In this document: positions 37,801 through 49,083 of the stretch, one piece after another
How the letters are laid out: each line of letters opens with the position of its first letter
Numbering within the stretch: the stretch's first letter is position 1
Assembly (NCBI GenBank): GCA_950097015.1
Contig: CATNEN010000010.1
Coordinates: 3,287,708-3,351,707, forward strand
DNA: 64,000 nt
Direction of reading: 5' to 3'
Source of the DNA: Macrostomum hystrix
Taxonomy: Eukaryota > Animalia > Platyhelminthes
Notes under the pieces: generated by a model
Seen by the model: only the letters and a program-made list of their open reading frames with translations
Told to the model about the DNA's origin: nothing
Databases searched by the model: none
Position numbers and translations under genes: made by a program

Positions 37801-40758
37801 GTTTATAGCATGGCAACAAACTAATTCAAAGACCGAATCCCCGATGAGTTCAATGTGTGCTCTATGACAAAATCAACAATGACCGCACTCACAGGAACTG
37901 ATCCTCGAAGGTCTCCTGCAGGCTGGAGGTCAGCTGGCGCAATCGTCCCAGATTCTTTCGGCTGCTCTCGTCCCTGACGCGGAGGTGGCCAACGAAGGCG
38001 TCAACCTTCTCCCGCCAGGTGTCCACCAGGGCCTGCACCCTGGCCAGGTCCTCCGTGTCCCGCTCGGACAGCAGGACAGCGAAATGGCCGGCCAGGTGCT
38101 GCCACGCCTTCTCGGTCGCGTGCAGCCGCTTGCACGAAACCAGCTGAGTCTCTTCCATCACCTTCAGGGCCAGACAGTAGGCCGTGTGGCTCCACAGCTC
38201 GCGCTCCTCCGTCAGCTGGCTCACCTAGCGACGGGTTGGGGTGAAACGTGCACTTTTAGTGCCCTTTTAAAGCCTGTGATTAATGTTGATTGCAAAACCT
38301 GTATTTCTTACGATCAATGACCACCTGTATATCAATGACGACATGGGATCAATGACGACCTGTGATTAATGACCACCTGTGATTAATGACCACCTGTGAT
38401 TAATGACCACCTGTGATTAATGACCACCTGTGATAAATGAACACCTGTGATTAATGACCACCTGTGATTAATGACCACCTGTGATTAATGACCACCTGTG
38501 ATTAATGACCACCTGTGATTAATGACCACCTGTGATTAATGGACACCTGTGATTAATGACCACCTGTGTATCAGTGATCACCCGTGGCCCATGACCAGCA
38601 GATGTAGCCAGCCGCCTTACCTGAGCCTCCAACCGGGCCCTCTGCAGCTCGTAGAGTCCGTGATATTCACCCAGCAGGTCGGCGGACCTCTTGGCCTCCT
38701 CCAGCGCCTTTCGCAGCTCATCCTGGGTGGCCCTGGCCTCGCCGCTGATCTGCCTGTCGTGCTCCTTGACGTCGGCCAGCTCTGAAGTCAGCACCCCGAT
38801 GGTCGTCTTGAATCGGAGCAGCTCCTCGGTGAGGCGCCGGTCCAGAGCTCGCTGCGCCATCACCTCGTCGTGCAGACTCTTCACCTGGGCAGGCACCTTG
38901 GACAGCAGCAGGTTGTAGCGGCCGCGTAGGGTCGACAGCAGCTGGCCGCGCTCAACGCACTCCACCGTGACCTGGCGGATGAGCTCGTGGAACACAATGT
39001 TGTACACATCCTGCTCTCGCTTCACCAGATCCAGCAGGCGGTGCATCTGGGTCGGGCCGGACACTTCGAAGTCTTCGTCGACACCGACGCTGGCGAGCAT
39101 CTGGTCGAAGGTCTTGGATAGCTGCAGCACCTCCCAGCGGCTCGTCGGCTTCCTGGAGTGAGTCGAGTGTTCAACGATGAAGGAACAAAGTCAAGCCAAG
39201 ATGGTGAAGCTTTCACTTACAGTGACGGAAACATCACCAGGTGCTTCTCGTGGTCCTCTGGCAGAGTTGAATGGTCACTGAAATGTTAGCGAGGGCTAGC
39301 TTATTGTTTTATGTAAGAAACGCAGGTGCCAAAGTGGGAAAACAATGACAATGCAGTAAGGGAACGAGTGGCAGAGCGGACTGACGCTTTTGCCTCTCGC
39401 ACCAAGGTCCCTGAGCTCGATTCCGCGGCGAGGCAACATACTTGGGGGTTTGTTGTGCAATTTACGTCCTTGAGGGCCAACCTCCAAGGCACAGTGAGAG
39501 TGTGCACTGCCTGACGATGAGAATGTCAGGGCAGTGGTACACACCTGTGCAAATGTGTGCCCCACAGCCCTCCTGCAATTATTAATTATTAGTTAACAAG
39601 CGCGCAATATTATGAAGCGAGCGGTCGTCAGTTCGCTTCCACGGAATGACCACATTTACTTGACCAATTTACACTCAGATATACTCAAGCGAGTGGCGGA
39701 ACAAACCTTGGATTGTACTCAAGGCCGATCACGCCTTTGTTCTTCACCACGTGAAACTCCTCCGGTATGAGCGAGTCCGGCAGGCGCGCCTCCTTGGAGT
39801 CGCCCTGCTGAGCCTGCAGTCGGCGCCGCTGCTGCTTCTGCTTTCGCGCCTGCTCCCTGATCAGCGTCGGATCCGCGGGGTCGCCGGCTGACCCGGCCGT
39901 CGCCTTCGCCTCCGTCGACTTCACCGCGCTCGGCGCGTCGTATAGGAAAGAAATGTCCCTGCGGCAAGAGGTTCAAGGATCCGTTCAATTTTGCTGCTCA
40001 TTTACTCTACACTATACTCAATACTATTATAAGTAGTCAGTAACGAAAAAACATAAAAACTCACTTTCCAGCGCCACACACGCAGATTGTGGAGTCTGTG
40101 AGGTGCTTCAATTTCTCCCTCCGCTTGGGATAATTCCACACATTGGACGGCTTCGGTAGGGCGCGAGGCCGGACCAACGAGGAGGGCAGCTCAGCGCCGA
40201 CAAAGTCGGGCGGCTGGGTCAGGGAGAAGATCACCTCCTCAGGTAGGTAGTCATTGTGTGACTGGTCCTGCTGCTGCGGTTGCTTTTTCTTCTGCTGGTC
40301 TTCTGTTGGCCTGTTGGCTCCCGGCTTGATTTTCGGAAGAACTGTTCGAATGAAAGTGGTCGTTCATTCCGATCTTTCACGGCTGTTGGGGGTCGAATTG
40401 AAAAGCCAGAGTAATGCCCGATTCTGATTGGCTCGTGTGCGTATGTGGTTAGGGGTAAAGGAATGGGCAGAATCAGATTTCCTCCTTTCTGATTGGTCGG
40501 TGTTATTTAGGTTAATTTGAATGGCAGTACTGTAGTCTATTCTGATTGGTCGGTGCTGTTCAGGGTTAAATCGAAAGACAAAGTACTCGATTCTGATTGG
40601 TTGGTGCTGTTTAGGGTGGAATTAAAGGACTGAGTAGTGGTCGATTCTGATTGGCCAGTAGCTGACTCACCCTGATTCTGCACTCTCGGCGTGGGTCCTG
40701 CGCTGCCGCCAGGCGAAGCTGTGCCGCCGGCGCGAAATTCCACCAGCTGCGAAGTCAT
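31867..40758 (-). CDS. AXDND1: Axonemal dynein light chain domain-containing protein 1 orthologue, ~1059 aa
   Basis: Exons (transcription order) 40758-40671, 40341-40065, 39958-39707, 39277-39221, 39152-38621, 38224-37893, 37015-36535, 35484-35053, 33043-32796, 32679-32280, 31947-31867; GT-AG, phases consistent, total 3180 nt. Motifs NDYLPEEVIFSLT, VWNYPKRREKLKHL, GAGK|DISFLYD, LIPEEFHVVKNKGV, LVMFPSLKPTSRWEV, p28-like VYNIVFHELIRQVTVECVERGQLLSTLRGRY. Confidence 0.85.
32006..32188. repeat. 22-bp intronic minisatellite (TTAGAGTGAACTCAAATACCGG)n
   Basis: About 8 diverged units. Confidence 0.85.
33096..33445. repeat. G-rich intronic repeat (TGGCGGAGTGGGGT-like)
   Basis: Direct reading; many GG-GGGG runs on the plus strand. 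Confidence 0.85.
35595..36265. repeat. 12-bp intronic minisatellite (ATAGCGTCTCTA)n
   Basis: Explains the ASLI-repeat ORF 35600..36298. Confidence 0.95.
37487..37671 (-). mobile_element. tRNA-derived SINE, family A, copy 1
   Basis: Reverse complement aligns by eye with 39366-39531 (GCCTCTCGCACCAAGGTCCCTGAGCTCGATTCCGC...GGGCCAACCTCCAAGGCAC...CCTGACGATGAGAA.GTCAGG). Confidence 0.75.
37672..37799 (-). mobile_element. tRNA-derived SINE head, family B, directly upstream of SINE-A copy 1
   Basis: Minus strand GGGGAGC...GGCGGTTCGATTCGC (B box)...GCGTCCTTGGGCAAGGC, the post-tRNA motif common in metazoan SINEs. Confidence 0.6.
38318..38570. repeat. 17-bp intronic minisatellite (GATTAATGACCACCTGT)n
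   Basis: Direct reading. Confidence 0.93.
39360..39570 (+). mobile_element. tRNA-derived SINE, family A, copy 2
   Basis: GGGAACGAGTGGCAGAGCGG (A-box-like)...GAGCTCGATTCC (B-box-like); inverted homologue at 37487-37671. Confidence 0.75.
40420..40660 (-). promoter_or_regulatory. Cluster of five NF-Y-type RRCCAATCAG boxes in AXDND1 intron 1
   Basis: ATTGG at 40427, 40492, 40545, 40596, 40650, each within TCTGATTGG. Confidence 0.5.
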
Positions 40759-41563
40759 GTTCTGAAGCCGGCTGCTGGTTCAGCGGCTGGAATGAGTAAA
40801 ATTAGCGTAGGGCACGATCACAGGCCTCATTTTTTCTGACACTGTATCAGCTCTTTAAGTCTACCTGTCTCGATTCAGTCAAATAAACTAAATTTGATAC
40901 AGAAAAAAACAAAGACATGAGATTTGCGCAATAACCAAATGTCGCCAATTCTGGACAGTTTCTGTTACATAAAGAACACAAAGAAAGCCAAATCCAAAGT
41001 AGATAAAACAGTTAAACAAAATATCGTGCACTGCTCCGAGTCACACAAATCAATAAATTTATAGCACTAAAAACAGTAGGATTATCAGTTGATAACACAG
41101 GCTTGCAAGTAATTATATTTACTTTTATTGATTCGTAGAAGTTTAATATAATGCGCGGCAGAGTCAAATAAAAGTGCATCACTTCTCGCAGAAGCATTAA
41201 TAATCCATTTAGATTACTGTCAGTTGTAGTAAAATATGTCGGGATGTCACTAATTAGGTTAAGACTTTTGAAAAACTCATATCAGATAATAAAGGGACTC
41301 GCCTATAACAATATTATCGCAAAGAGAAGTACAGGAAGTGATTAATCAATAAGAAGAGGAATCTATCCCTAATTTATCTACTCGAGCTAGGATGAAGCCG
41401 AAGAAAAGGAAAAACGAACTCAGCGCACTGCTCAGCAGCTGCTCGGAGAAGCAGGCGAATTAAACAGCGGGGATTAGCGCAACAAATAAGCATAAAAAAG
41501 CCATCCCGCACATGGAACAGTTTTCAACAGCATGAGAATATCCGCGACTTGTTCGGCGATTGC

Positions 41564-42832
41564 TCAGTAGCGCTCATCCTGAATTCGAACCCGACGTATG
41601 CCGCGCTCGAGCCCCGCACCGCTGTCGTAGCCGTGGTCGTAGTCGTTTACACCGCGCCTAAGATAGGCATCGTACAGTCGATGCCGCAGCGGCGACTCGC
41701 CGCCAGTCCCGTGGTAGCCGTCGCGAGAGCAGCCGGACACGTAGGGCGAGGGAGCCCGGTAATCGTTCAGTTCTTCGCCGAACTCATAGCCGTAGTCTCG
41801 ACCAGCGCCGGCGCCGCCGTAGGGTCCGCGGCCTGATGTCGGCATCGATCGGCGAAGGTCGGATGAGGATCGGCTGCGCCGGAGGCTGCTCGACGACGCC
41901 GGCAGCCGGACAGGGCCGTGCGGCCCGCCCAGGCGCGTCAGCGTGTCGTGAAGTACCGGCTTCCGGCCGACCAAACTCTTGTCCACGTGTCGAACGACGA
42001 ACGGAGGCCGGCCGTCGACACGCACAGGAGCTGCCGGTGTCACTGGCGGTTGCCTTCGACGTAGACGAATCGCTCGGCGCTCCTCGGCTTCGAGATCGTC
42101 GCCATTGGCGCGCAGGGCGGCGGCCGCAGCGGCGGAGGCGAAGCGGCCTGGTGAGCGGCAGCGCATGACGGCTGCCAGAGTCTGCCGGCTGTAGCCAGGG
42201 CGCACGCGTCTTTGGCGTCGACGTCGGAGGCGTCGAGTAGGCGACAGCGTCGGTCCAGGGTCCGCATCTTCGTCATCTTCGTCGTCGTAATAGTCGTCGT
42301 CGTCGAGGCCGTCGCTGTCACCTCCGAGCAGATCAACTTCACAAGCCTGCGGTGTTGTCTGCTCAATGACGGCTCGAGTGCTGAACTCGAAGCGGGGCCC
42401 GGGACCAATGAAATCTACGGTGCGAATCAGCTGAGCCTGCCGGCTGCCGCGGTGGACAGCACAGCCGCTGGCCAGAGCCGCCGCAGTGCCGCCGGCCGGG
42501 TAGAGAAAATCTCTAGCACCGGCATCAAAATAGGCAAGCAGGCAGCCGCCCAGGTAGACATCCGTGACCTGGCGCAGCTCCACTGTCACTGGCAGCTCGT
42601 CCAGCATCTCCAATACGTCCTGAGGGTCGGCAGCCGGCCAGAACAGCTTTTCGAATACGAATCTCTCGTGCAGGCAGAGAGGAAATGCCGGCTCAACTAG
42701 TCGAGTTCGCTTGGCCTGGCCGAACATTTCGACCGTGAGGTAGAGCGGGTCTCGGTTGGGCAGCCATGTCGATGGCGAGGCAACGGACTCGATGCTCACC
42801 TCCACGGTGCACTTGAAGCCTCTGGGCGGCAT
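41564..42832 (-). CDS. SPATA6: SPATA6/SPATA6L family protein, intronless, 422 aa
   Basis: MPPRGFKCTVEVSIESVASP...LYLTVEMFGQAKRTRLVEPAFPLCLHERFVFEKLF...DPQDVLEML matches the SPATA6 N-terminal domain; later RPPFVVRHVD matches the family PPFV.RHVD motif. Confidence 0.85.
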   Translation of the reverse strand: MPPRGFKCTVEVSIESVASPSTWLPNRDPLYLTVEMFGQAKRTRLVEPAFPLCLHERFVFEKLFWPAADPQDVLEMLDELPVTVELRQVTDVYLGGCLLAYFDAGARDFLYPAGGTAAALASGCAVHRGSRQAQLIRTVDFIGPGPRFEFSTRAVIEQTTPQACEVDLLGGDSDGLDDDDYYDDEDDEDADPGPTLSPTRRLRRRRQRRVRPGYSRQTLAAVMRCRSPGRFASAAAAAALRANGDDLEAEERRAIRLRRRQPPVTPAAPVRVDGRPPFVVRHVDKSLVGRKPVLHDTLTRLGGPHGPVRLPASSSSLRRSRSSSDLRRSMPTSGRGPYGGAGAGRDYGYEFGEELNDYRAPSPYVSGCSRDGYHGTGGESPLRHRLYDAYLRRGVNDYDHGYDSGAGLERGIRRVRIQDERY

Positions 42833-45663
42833 CGCTCTGGTCTTGTAGGGTAACTGCAAGCATGTACCATTGCAGCTGTTTTAGAATAGCTATAGAATGT
42901 AATATAGAATATAGAGCTAGGTAGAAGAACATATAGTGACTCCAAAGTTATATAATAATAATTTAAACAAGAACAACTATAATAATATGACCATTAGATA
43001 CAGAGTACATTAGTAACTCTTAAAATAAGTCAGAAAAGTGTGTACTATGCAACAAAATTCCATCATTCAATCAGTCAAAACATTTTACTGATGCACTAGC
43101 AATATGAGTAGTTTAATGTTTAGTGCACCTCTACCACCTACTGATAATATAGAACTTCGTACTTCAAAAGCAGGATATACTTCAGTATTTAAGTATTTTT
43201 TGAAATTTTACAATGTCTGACAAAAAGCTAAGCTAACATTCACATTTCCACTAATTAACTGATGAAAGGCCAAATATCACTTACGATACATAGAGAGAGA
43301 TGCTTTAATCAAAGATAATTCTAACACACCAGCATCAAAGGCAATGCTAAGAAAATCAATCACTCAGTTATTTTGTGAGATATAATCTAATTGATATCTA
43401 CAACAAACAGATAGACCTGTGTGCTTAAAAAATCCAGCAATTTTCAAACAGAAAATAGTGTGTTCGCTTTCTTATGGCCACAGATTTGTGGCCTATGAGT
43501 CCTATGGCTTACTGGTATGATACTTAAGTTGTATTCAACTTTGAGTTGAAGTTTTATAAAATGTGTATTACTCAGAAAAATATAAGAAGTGGAAAGAATA
43601 TTTTAACATCAACAATAAAAATTATAATAGCAGATATAAACTATAATTTAGCTATTATTATTTACTATTAGTCCCGTGCTCGTTTACACTTCTGTAATTC
43701 TATCGACAAAAACACATAATGTAAACGAATTTAAAAAGGCGCTAAAATTCTCATGAACTCTATACGTTGTCTTAGTTATTTGTTTTAATAGTTGAATTTT
43801 GAACGTCAGAAATAACCATGTTTTCTGGAAACGCCCCTTTTTACAAATTCGCACGTGACGTTATTCATGTGTTTTAGATTCTGCAACTACTTAAAGAAAC
43901 TCGTATATTTTAAGCTTAAGAATTTTTTAACCTGGAGTGCAAAATTGTATACTTATAAATATTTATGTTTCTATGCGTCGTCATTACACAATCTGAACTC
44001 TTTTTGCTATCAATATTTATACTGCTAATTTCAATATCAATTATGTCAGTCTGACTTCAATTCAATGTCAGGAGCTCAGGACTGACTCAAGCATTATGTG
44101 CTTACCTGATTCAGTAGGTAACTTCTTACACAATAGTTTCAGGGCCTACTTGTCTTGGATGATAAATTTTTAATAAGATAATTAGCTGAATGGGCAATGT
44201 TCCTGCATTCCTGCATTCCTGCATTATATTATTTCGATCCGAATTGTAAGCAAGCAAACAAAAGCAAGTTTATTAAAGCAGTAAAGCAGGTCATGGCGCT
44301 TGAGAACCAGTAATACACAGCATAGTAATGGGTCAGTCAGCCAGTACAGAAAGTGGCCAGAACTTGAGTCGGTGCCAGAGGAACTTGCTGAGGTAGGCCC
44401 TAGGAGTCAAAAGGTATCTGGACACTTCGTCATCTTAAAACTTTGTCATCCAGATGACGATCTGTCCAATATCTCAGAGGGTGGATGGCAAAGAGATTTA
44501 GACTTGTGGACACTTCATCATCTATAAAACAAAAGTTTTCAAAGTTAGAACAGAACTACCCCTCCCTCCTCACATTGTGTTGGCACCTGGCATGTGTCAA
44601 AAAAGTTGTCTCTGGCCATTGGCCAACCTCTGTGACCTTGAGATCACTTACTGCGAGCTGTGCTACTGAAAATGATGCTGAGTCAAATATTCATTTTCAT
44701 GGATTGTCAAATAGTCAGCATGGTACCAGTGATTCAGATGATTTAGACATTTCCCAATCAGACACTACCATAAGCTGGCTAAGGAGTGCAGAATTTTTAC
44801 TTAGTTCAAAATTTTCCTAAACAAGCCTACTAATATTGAAGAAAGGCAGAGAGCTTTTTATTTATTTATATAGAATAGAACCTACATTCCCTTCCCTATT
44901 TGAATAGACTGTGGTATTATCATGGACACCACCAAGCCTCCGTTTGCTTGTTGTCATGGCATAGCATTTAGGCAATGCCATGTATAGTGGCCAGTGCAAT
45001 CCCAAGCAAGGATATGAAGTATGTAAATGGAGGAAGTCAACCCCAGTGCAATGTCCCTTAGGATTTGAAGATTGCTATGATGTACCATCTATGCCCTACC
45101 TTTAAGTAAAACTATTTTGTCACAATTTTTGGGATCAAAATGTTTCTAAAGTATATGGATTTTAGTGATTTAGATCATAATTAATATGTTTTTGAACCTA
45201 TATAAATATATGTAATTATACATAGTTATTTTTGTGCACTTTTTGGAGCTTACTAGGCCTATAATTAATGTTTTTTAATGCTGTAAATATACCCATAAGC
45301 TATTCCTTTTAGGATGTGGTAAACTGCTTTTGTGTTTGTAATTTTCTGGAGTTCTTTATAATATATGAACTATAATATACTTTCAAATATACTCGTATAT
45401 ACTGTTATTCTACCTCTGTCAACTCAGTGTAAGGTTACTAGTTATATTCAAGACTAGCTTGAGCCTGTAATTTCTATTTTTCAGAAGGCTAATTGGAATC
45501 AGTTAAATTCTAAGTGTACCAAAAGTTATTACAACTTATTATTACACAAATTTCAATAAATAATGGTAAAAAATAAGTTTATTATTCCAATCTATGTACA
45601 ATAGTTCATATCCATGTTTTTTGTTCTGATTAATAATATCCTAGACCTAATTTAAGCCTAGTT

Positions 45664-45767
45664 GACCAATCTACCATCCAGGGGCTAGCAGAATGGGCGG
45701 CAACACCTCCCCGCTGCATCCAAAGGATGCCCCTGCAGCTAAGCTAAGTCAAAGACCAATCTACCAT
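45664..45767. mobile_element. 76-bp GC-rich insert flanked by 14-bp direct repeats
   Basis: GACCAATCTACCAT at 45664-45677 and 45754-45767; insert contains CAGGGGC..GCCCCTG, GCATCC-AAA-GGATGC and A-box-like TAGCAGAATGG. Confidence 0.4.
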
Positions 45768-46168
45768 AGCAAGGTGTTGTATTTAATTTACAATAGTATT
45801 AACAGATAGCTAAATAATCAAGCTACTAACTAATATAGCTTAAGGTAAATAAAGCGGTGTATAACAATAAAGTCTATTAGTTATGTTTAAAGCTTTAAGC
45901 ATGCCAACTGATAATCTAAGTAAGCAGTGGATACAGTTGGATAAGAATAGCACTTGCATTTCAAGTTGACTTTGAAAGTGACTTCAGCATATAATTTTAT
46001 AGGCCTTAGTATAGCTATATTTCAAGGCTTTGTAAGGGTAGTTGATAGGTTATGCCTAAGTGAATAGCAAAAAATATCTAATTTAATATTAAAAGTTTAC
46101 TTCTTCAAACATAAAAGAATTTATTATTCGTTTGTTAGTAGTATGTAACGCACATATTGCTCTTTCAG

Positions 46169-49083
46169 GCTGCCCTATCCAAAACCGGCGTCTTTATTGT
46201 CGCCGCTAAGCGCACGCCATTTGGCGCATTCGGCGGCTCATTGAAGGACCACTCGGCCACTGACCTGGCCGAGGCCGCCTCCAGAGCCGCTCTGGAGGCC
46301 AGCGGAGGCGCCCAAGGACGCCGTCAGCTCCGTTGTGTTTGGCAACGTCATCCAGAGCCAGCGAGACACCGCCTTCCTATCCCGCCATGTGGCCGTCCGC
46401 CTTGGCCTGCCAATCTCCACGCCGGCCTTCAACGTGAACCGACTGTGCGGCTCCGGCTTCCAGTCCATTGTCAGCGGCACCAACGAGATTCTAGTTGGCG
46501 ACAGCAGTATTGTGATCGCCGGCGGAGCCGAGAGCATGAGCGGCACGCCCTACGCTGTCTGGGGCGTCCGGTTTGGCACCAAACTGGGCACGGACTACCA
46601 GCTAGTGGACCTGCTCTGGCACGGACTCATCGATCAGCAGATCAAGACGCCAATGGGTGTGACCGCGGAGAACTTGGCCGAAAAGTACAAACTGACCAGG
46701 CAGCAGTGCGACGAATTCGCCGTGCTGAGCCAGAGCCGCTGGCGAAAGGCGAACGCCGACGGCGCCTTCAAAGCCGAAATCGTGCCGATGCAGGTAAAAC
46801 TGTTCTTATTTAAAATAAACAGTTTCTTTTTTGGAAACCCAAATTCAGCACTTTGTCCTGAATTCAAAGATCCTAATCCGTAGTCCAAGATTTGGATCCT
46901 TAACTCCTAGATAATGATCCGTAACGATATTTCGATCTCTAAAGTCAAAGATCCCGATTTTTATATTCCAGATCCCGATCCATTAAGACTAAAATCCCGA
47001 TCCATAACTCCAAGATCCCTAATGCTTAACTCCAACATCCCGAATCCTTAACTCCAAGATCCCTATTGCTTAACTCCAAGATCCCTAATGCTTAACTCCA
47101 AGATTCCTAATGCTTAACTCCAAGATCCCTAATGCTTAACTCCAAGATCCCTAATGCTTAACTCCAAGATCCCTATGCTGAACTCCAAGATCCCGATCCT
47201 TAACTCCAAGATCCCTAATGCTTAACTCCAAGATCCCGAATCCTTAACTCCAAGATCCCTATGCTGAACTCCAAGATCCCGATCCATAACTCCAAGATCC
47301 CTAATGCTTAACTCCAAGATCCCGAATCCTTAACTCCAAGATCCCTATTGCTTAACTCCAAGATCCCTAATGCTTAACTCCAAGATCCCTAATGCTTAAC
47401 TCCAAGATCCCGAATCCTTAACTCCAAAATCCCGAATCCTTAACTCCAAGATCCCTAATGCTTAACTCCAAGATCCCTATGCTTAACTCCAAGATCCCTA
47501 TGCTTAACTCCAAGATCCTTAATGCTTAACTCCAAGATCCCTAATGCTTAACTCCAAGATCCCTAATGCTTAACTCCAAGATCCCGAATCCTTAACTCCA
47601 AAATCCCGAATCCTTAACTCCAAGATCCCTAATGCTTAACTCCAAGATCCCTATGCTTAACTCCAAGATCCCTATGCTTAACTCCAAGATCCCGATCCAT
47701 ATCTCCAAGATCCCGAATCTTTAACTCCAAGATCCCTAATGCTTAACTCCAAGATCCCGATCCATAACTCCAAGATCCCTATGCTTAACTCCAAGATCCT
47801 TAATGCTTAACTCCAAGATCCCTAATGCTTAACTCCAAGATCCCTAATGCTTAACTCCAAGATCCCGAATCCTTAACTCCAAAATCCCGAATCCTTAACT
47901 CCAAGATCCCTAATGCTTAACTCCAAGATCCCTATGCTTAACTCCAAGATCCCTATGCTTAACTCCAAGATCCCGATCCATATCTCCAAGATCCCGAATC
48001 TTTAACTCCAAGATCCCTAATGCTTAACTCCAAGATCCCTATGCTTAACTCCAAGTTCCCGATCCATAACTCCAAGATCCCTAATGCTCAACTCCAAGAT
48101 CCCGATCCTTAACTCCAAGATCCCTAATGCTTAACTCCAAGATCCCGAATCCTAAAACTCCAAGATCCCGATCCATAACTCCAAGATCCCGATCCATAAC
48201 TCCAAGATCCTGGATCCATAATTTCAAAATCCTGATCATTAACTCCAACTTCCTGATATTCTTCCTTTCGATTCTGGTCCTTAACTCCCAAGCTCTCTTG
48301 ATTCTGATCTTCTAAATCCCGGTCCTAAATTCCATGATTACAAAATCCGAAACTTCAAGATCGAGAATCCCAAGTTTCGAATCTTAAATACTTACATCGA
48401 CCCGATCTAAGCTTTAGAGATTTCTGTACTAATCCTTAGGATCTTGATCCCCATCTCCCTTGCCAACAAGCTCGATTCCCATAATCGAACAGAAATAAAC
48501 TTGCCGTTGCTGCCAGGTGAAGGGCAAGAAGGGCCCGGTGGAGTTCGCCACAGACGAGCATCCGCGCGAGGCCACGGCGGAGGCCATGGCCAAGCTGCCG
48601 CCTGTGTTCAAGAAGAATGGCGTTGTCAACGCCGGCAACGCCTCCGGCATCTGCGACGGCGCCGCAGCCGTTGTCCTGGCCTCCGAGTCGGCCGTCAAGC
48701 AGCACAAGCTGAAGCCGCTGGCCCGCCTGGTTGGCTACCACTTTGTCGGCTGCGACCCCAGCATCATGGGCATCGGGCCGGTGCCCGCCGTGCAGGGCCT
48801 GCTGGCCAAGACCAACCGCAGCCTGGCCCAAATCGACCTGGTCGAAGTGAACGAAGCCTTCGCTTCGCAGTACCTGGCCGTTGAACAGGAGCTGGGACTT
48901 GACCGCGCCGTTACCAATGTCAACGGTGGCGCCATCGCTCTGGGCCACCCGGTTGGCGCCAGCGGCAGCCGCATTATGGGCCATCTGGCACACGAGCTGC
49001 ACAGGCGCAATAAGAAGCTGGCCATTGGCACGGCCTGCATTGGCGGCGGTCAGGGCATCGCCATCATGATTGAGCGCTGCTAG
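46169..49083 (+). CDS. ACAA2: Mitochondrial 3-ketoacyl-CoA thiolase (ACAA2), one frameshift, no ATG found
   Basis: Exons 46169-46793 and 48517-49083. GVFIVAAKRTPFGAFGG, NRLCGSG (catalytic Cys), NEAFA, GHPVGASG (His), ACIGGGQG (Cys). Extra C at 46311-46313; removing it and adding Met gives 397 aa. Confidence 0.93.
46960..48240. repeat. 22-bp intronic minisatellite (AAGATCCCTAATGCTTAACTCC)n, ACAA2 intron
   Basis: Direct reading; degenerate margins at 46900-46990 and 48200-48360. Confidence 0.95.

Noticed and set aside
41578-41592. Perfect B-box-like GGTTCGAATTC on the minus strand
   Set aside because: Encodes RVRIQ at the SPATA6 C-terminus; no A box or cloverleaf.
44300-44820. Two short overlapping ORFs in the AT-rich spacer, possible transposase remnant
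   Set aside because: No recognisable catalytic motif or TIRs; cannot be supported without a search.
45678-45753. HDV-like ribozyme or tRNA gene
   Set aside because: No P2 partner strand for an HDV fold; no T-arm or B box and no anticodon stem for a tRNA.
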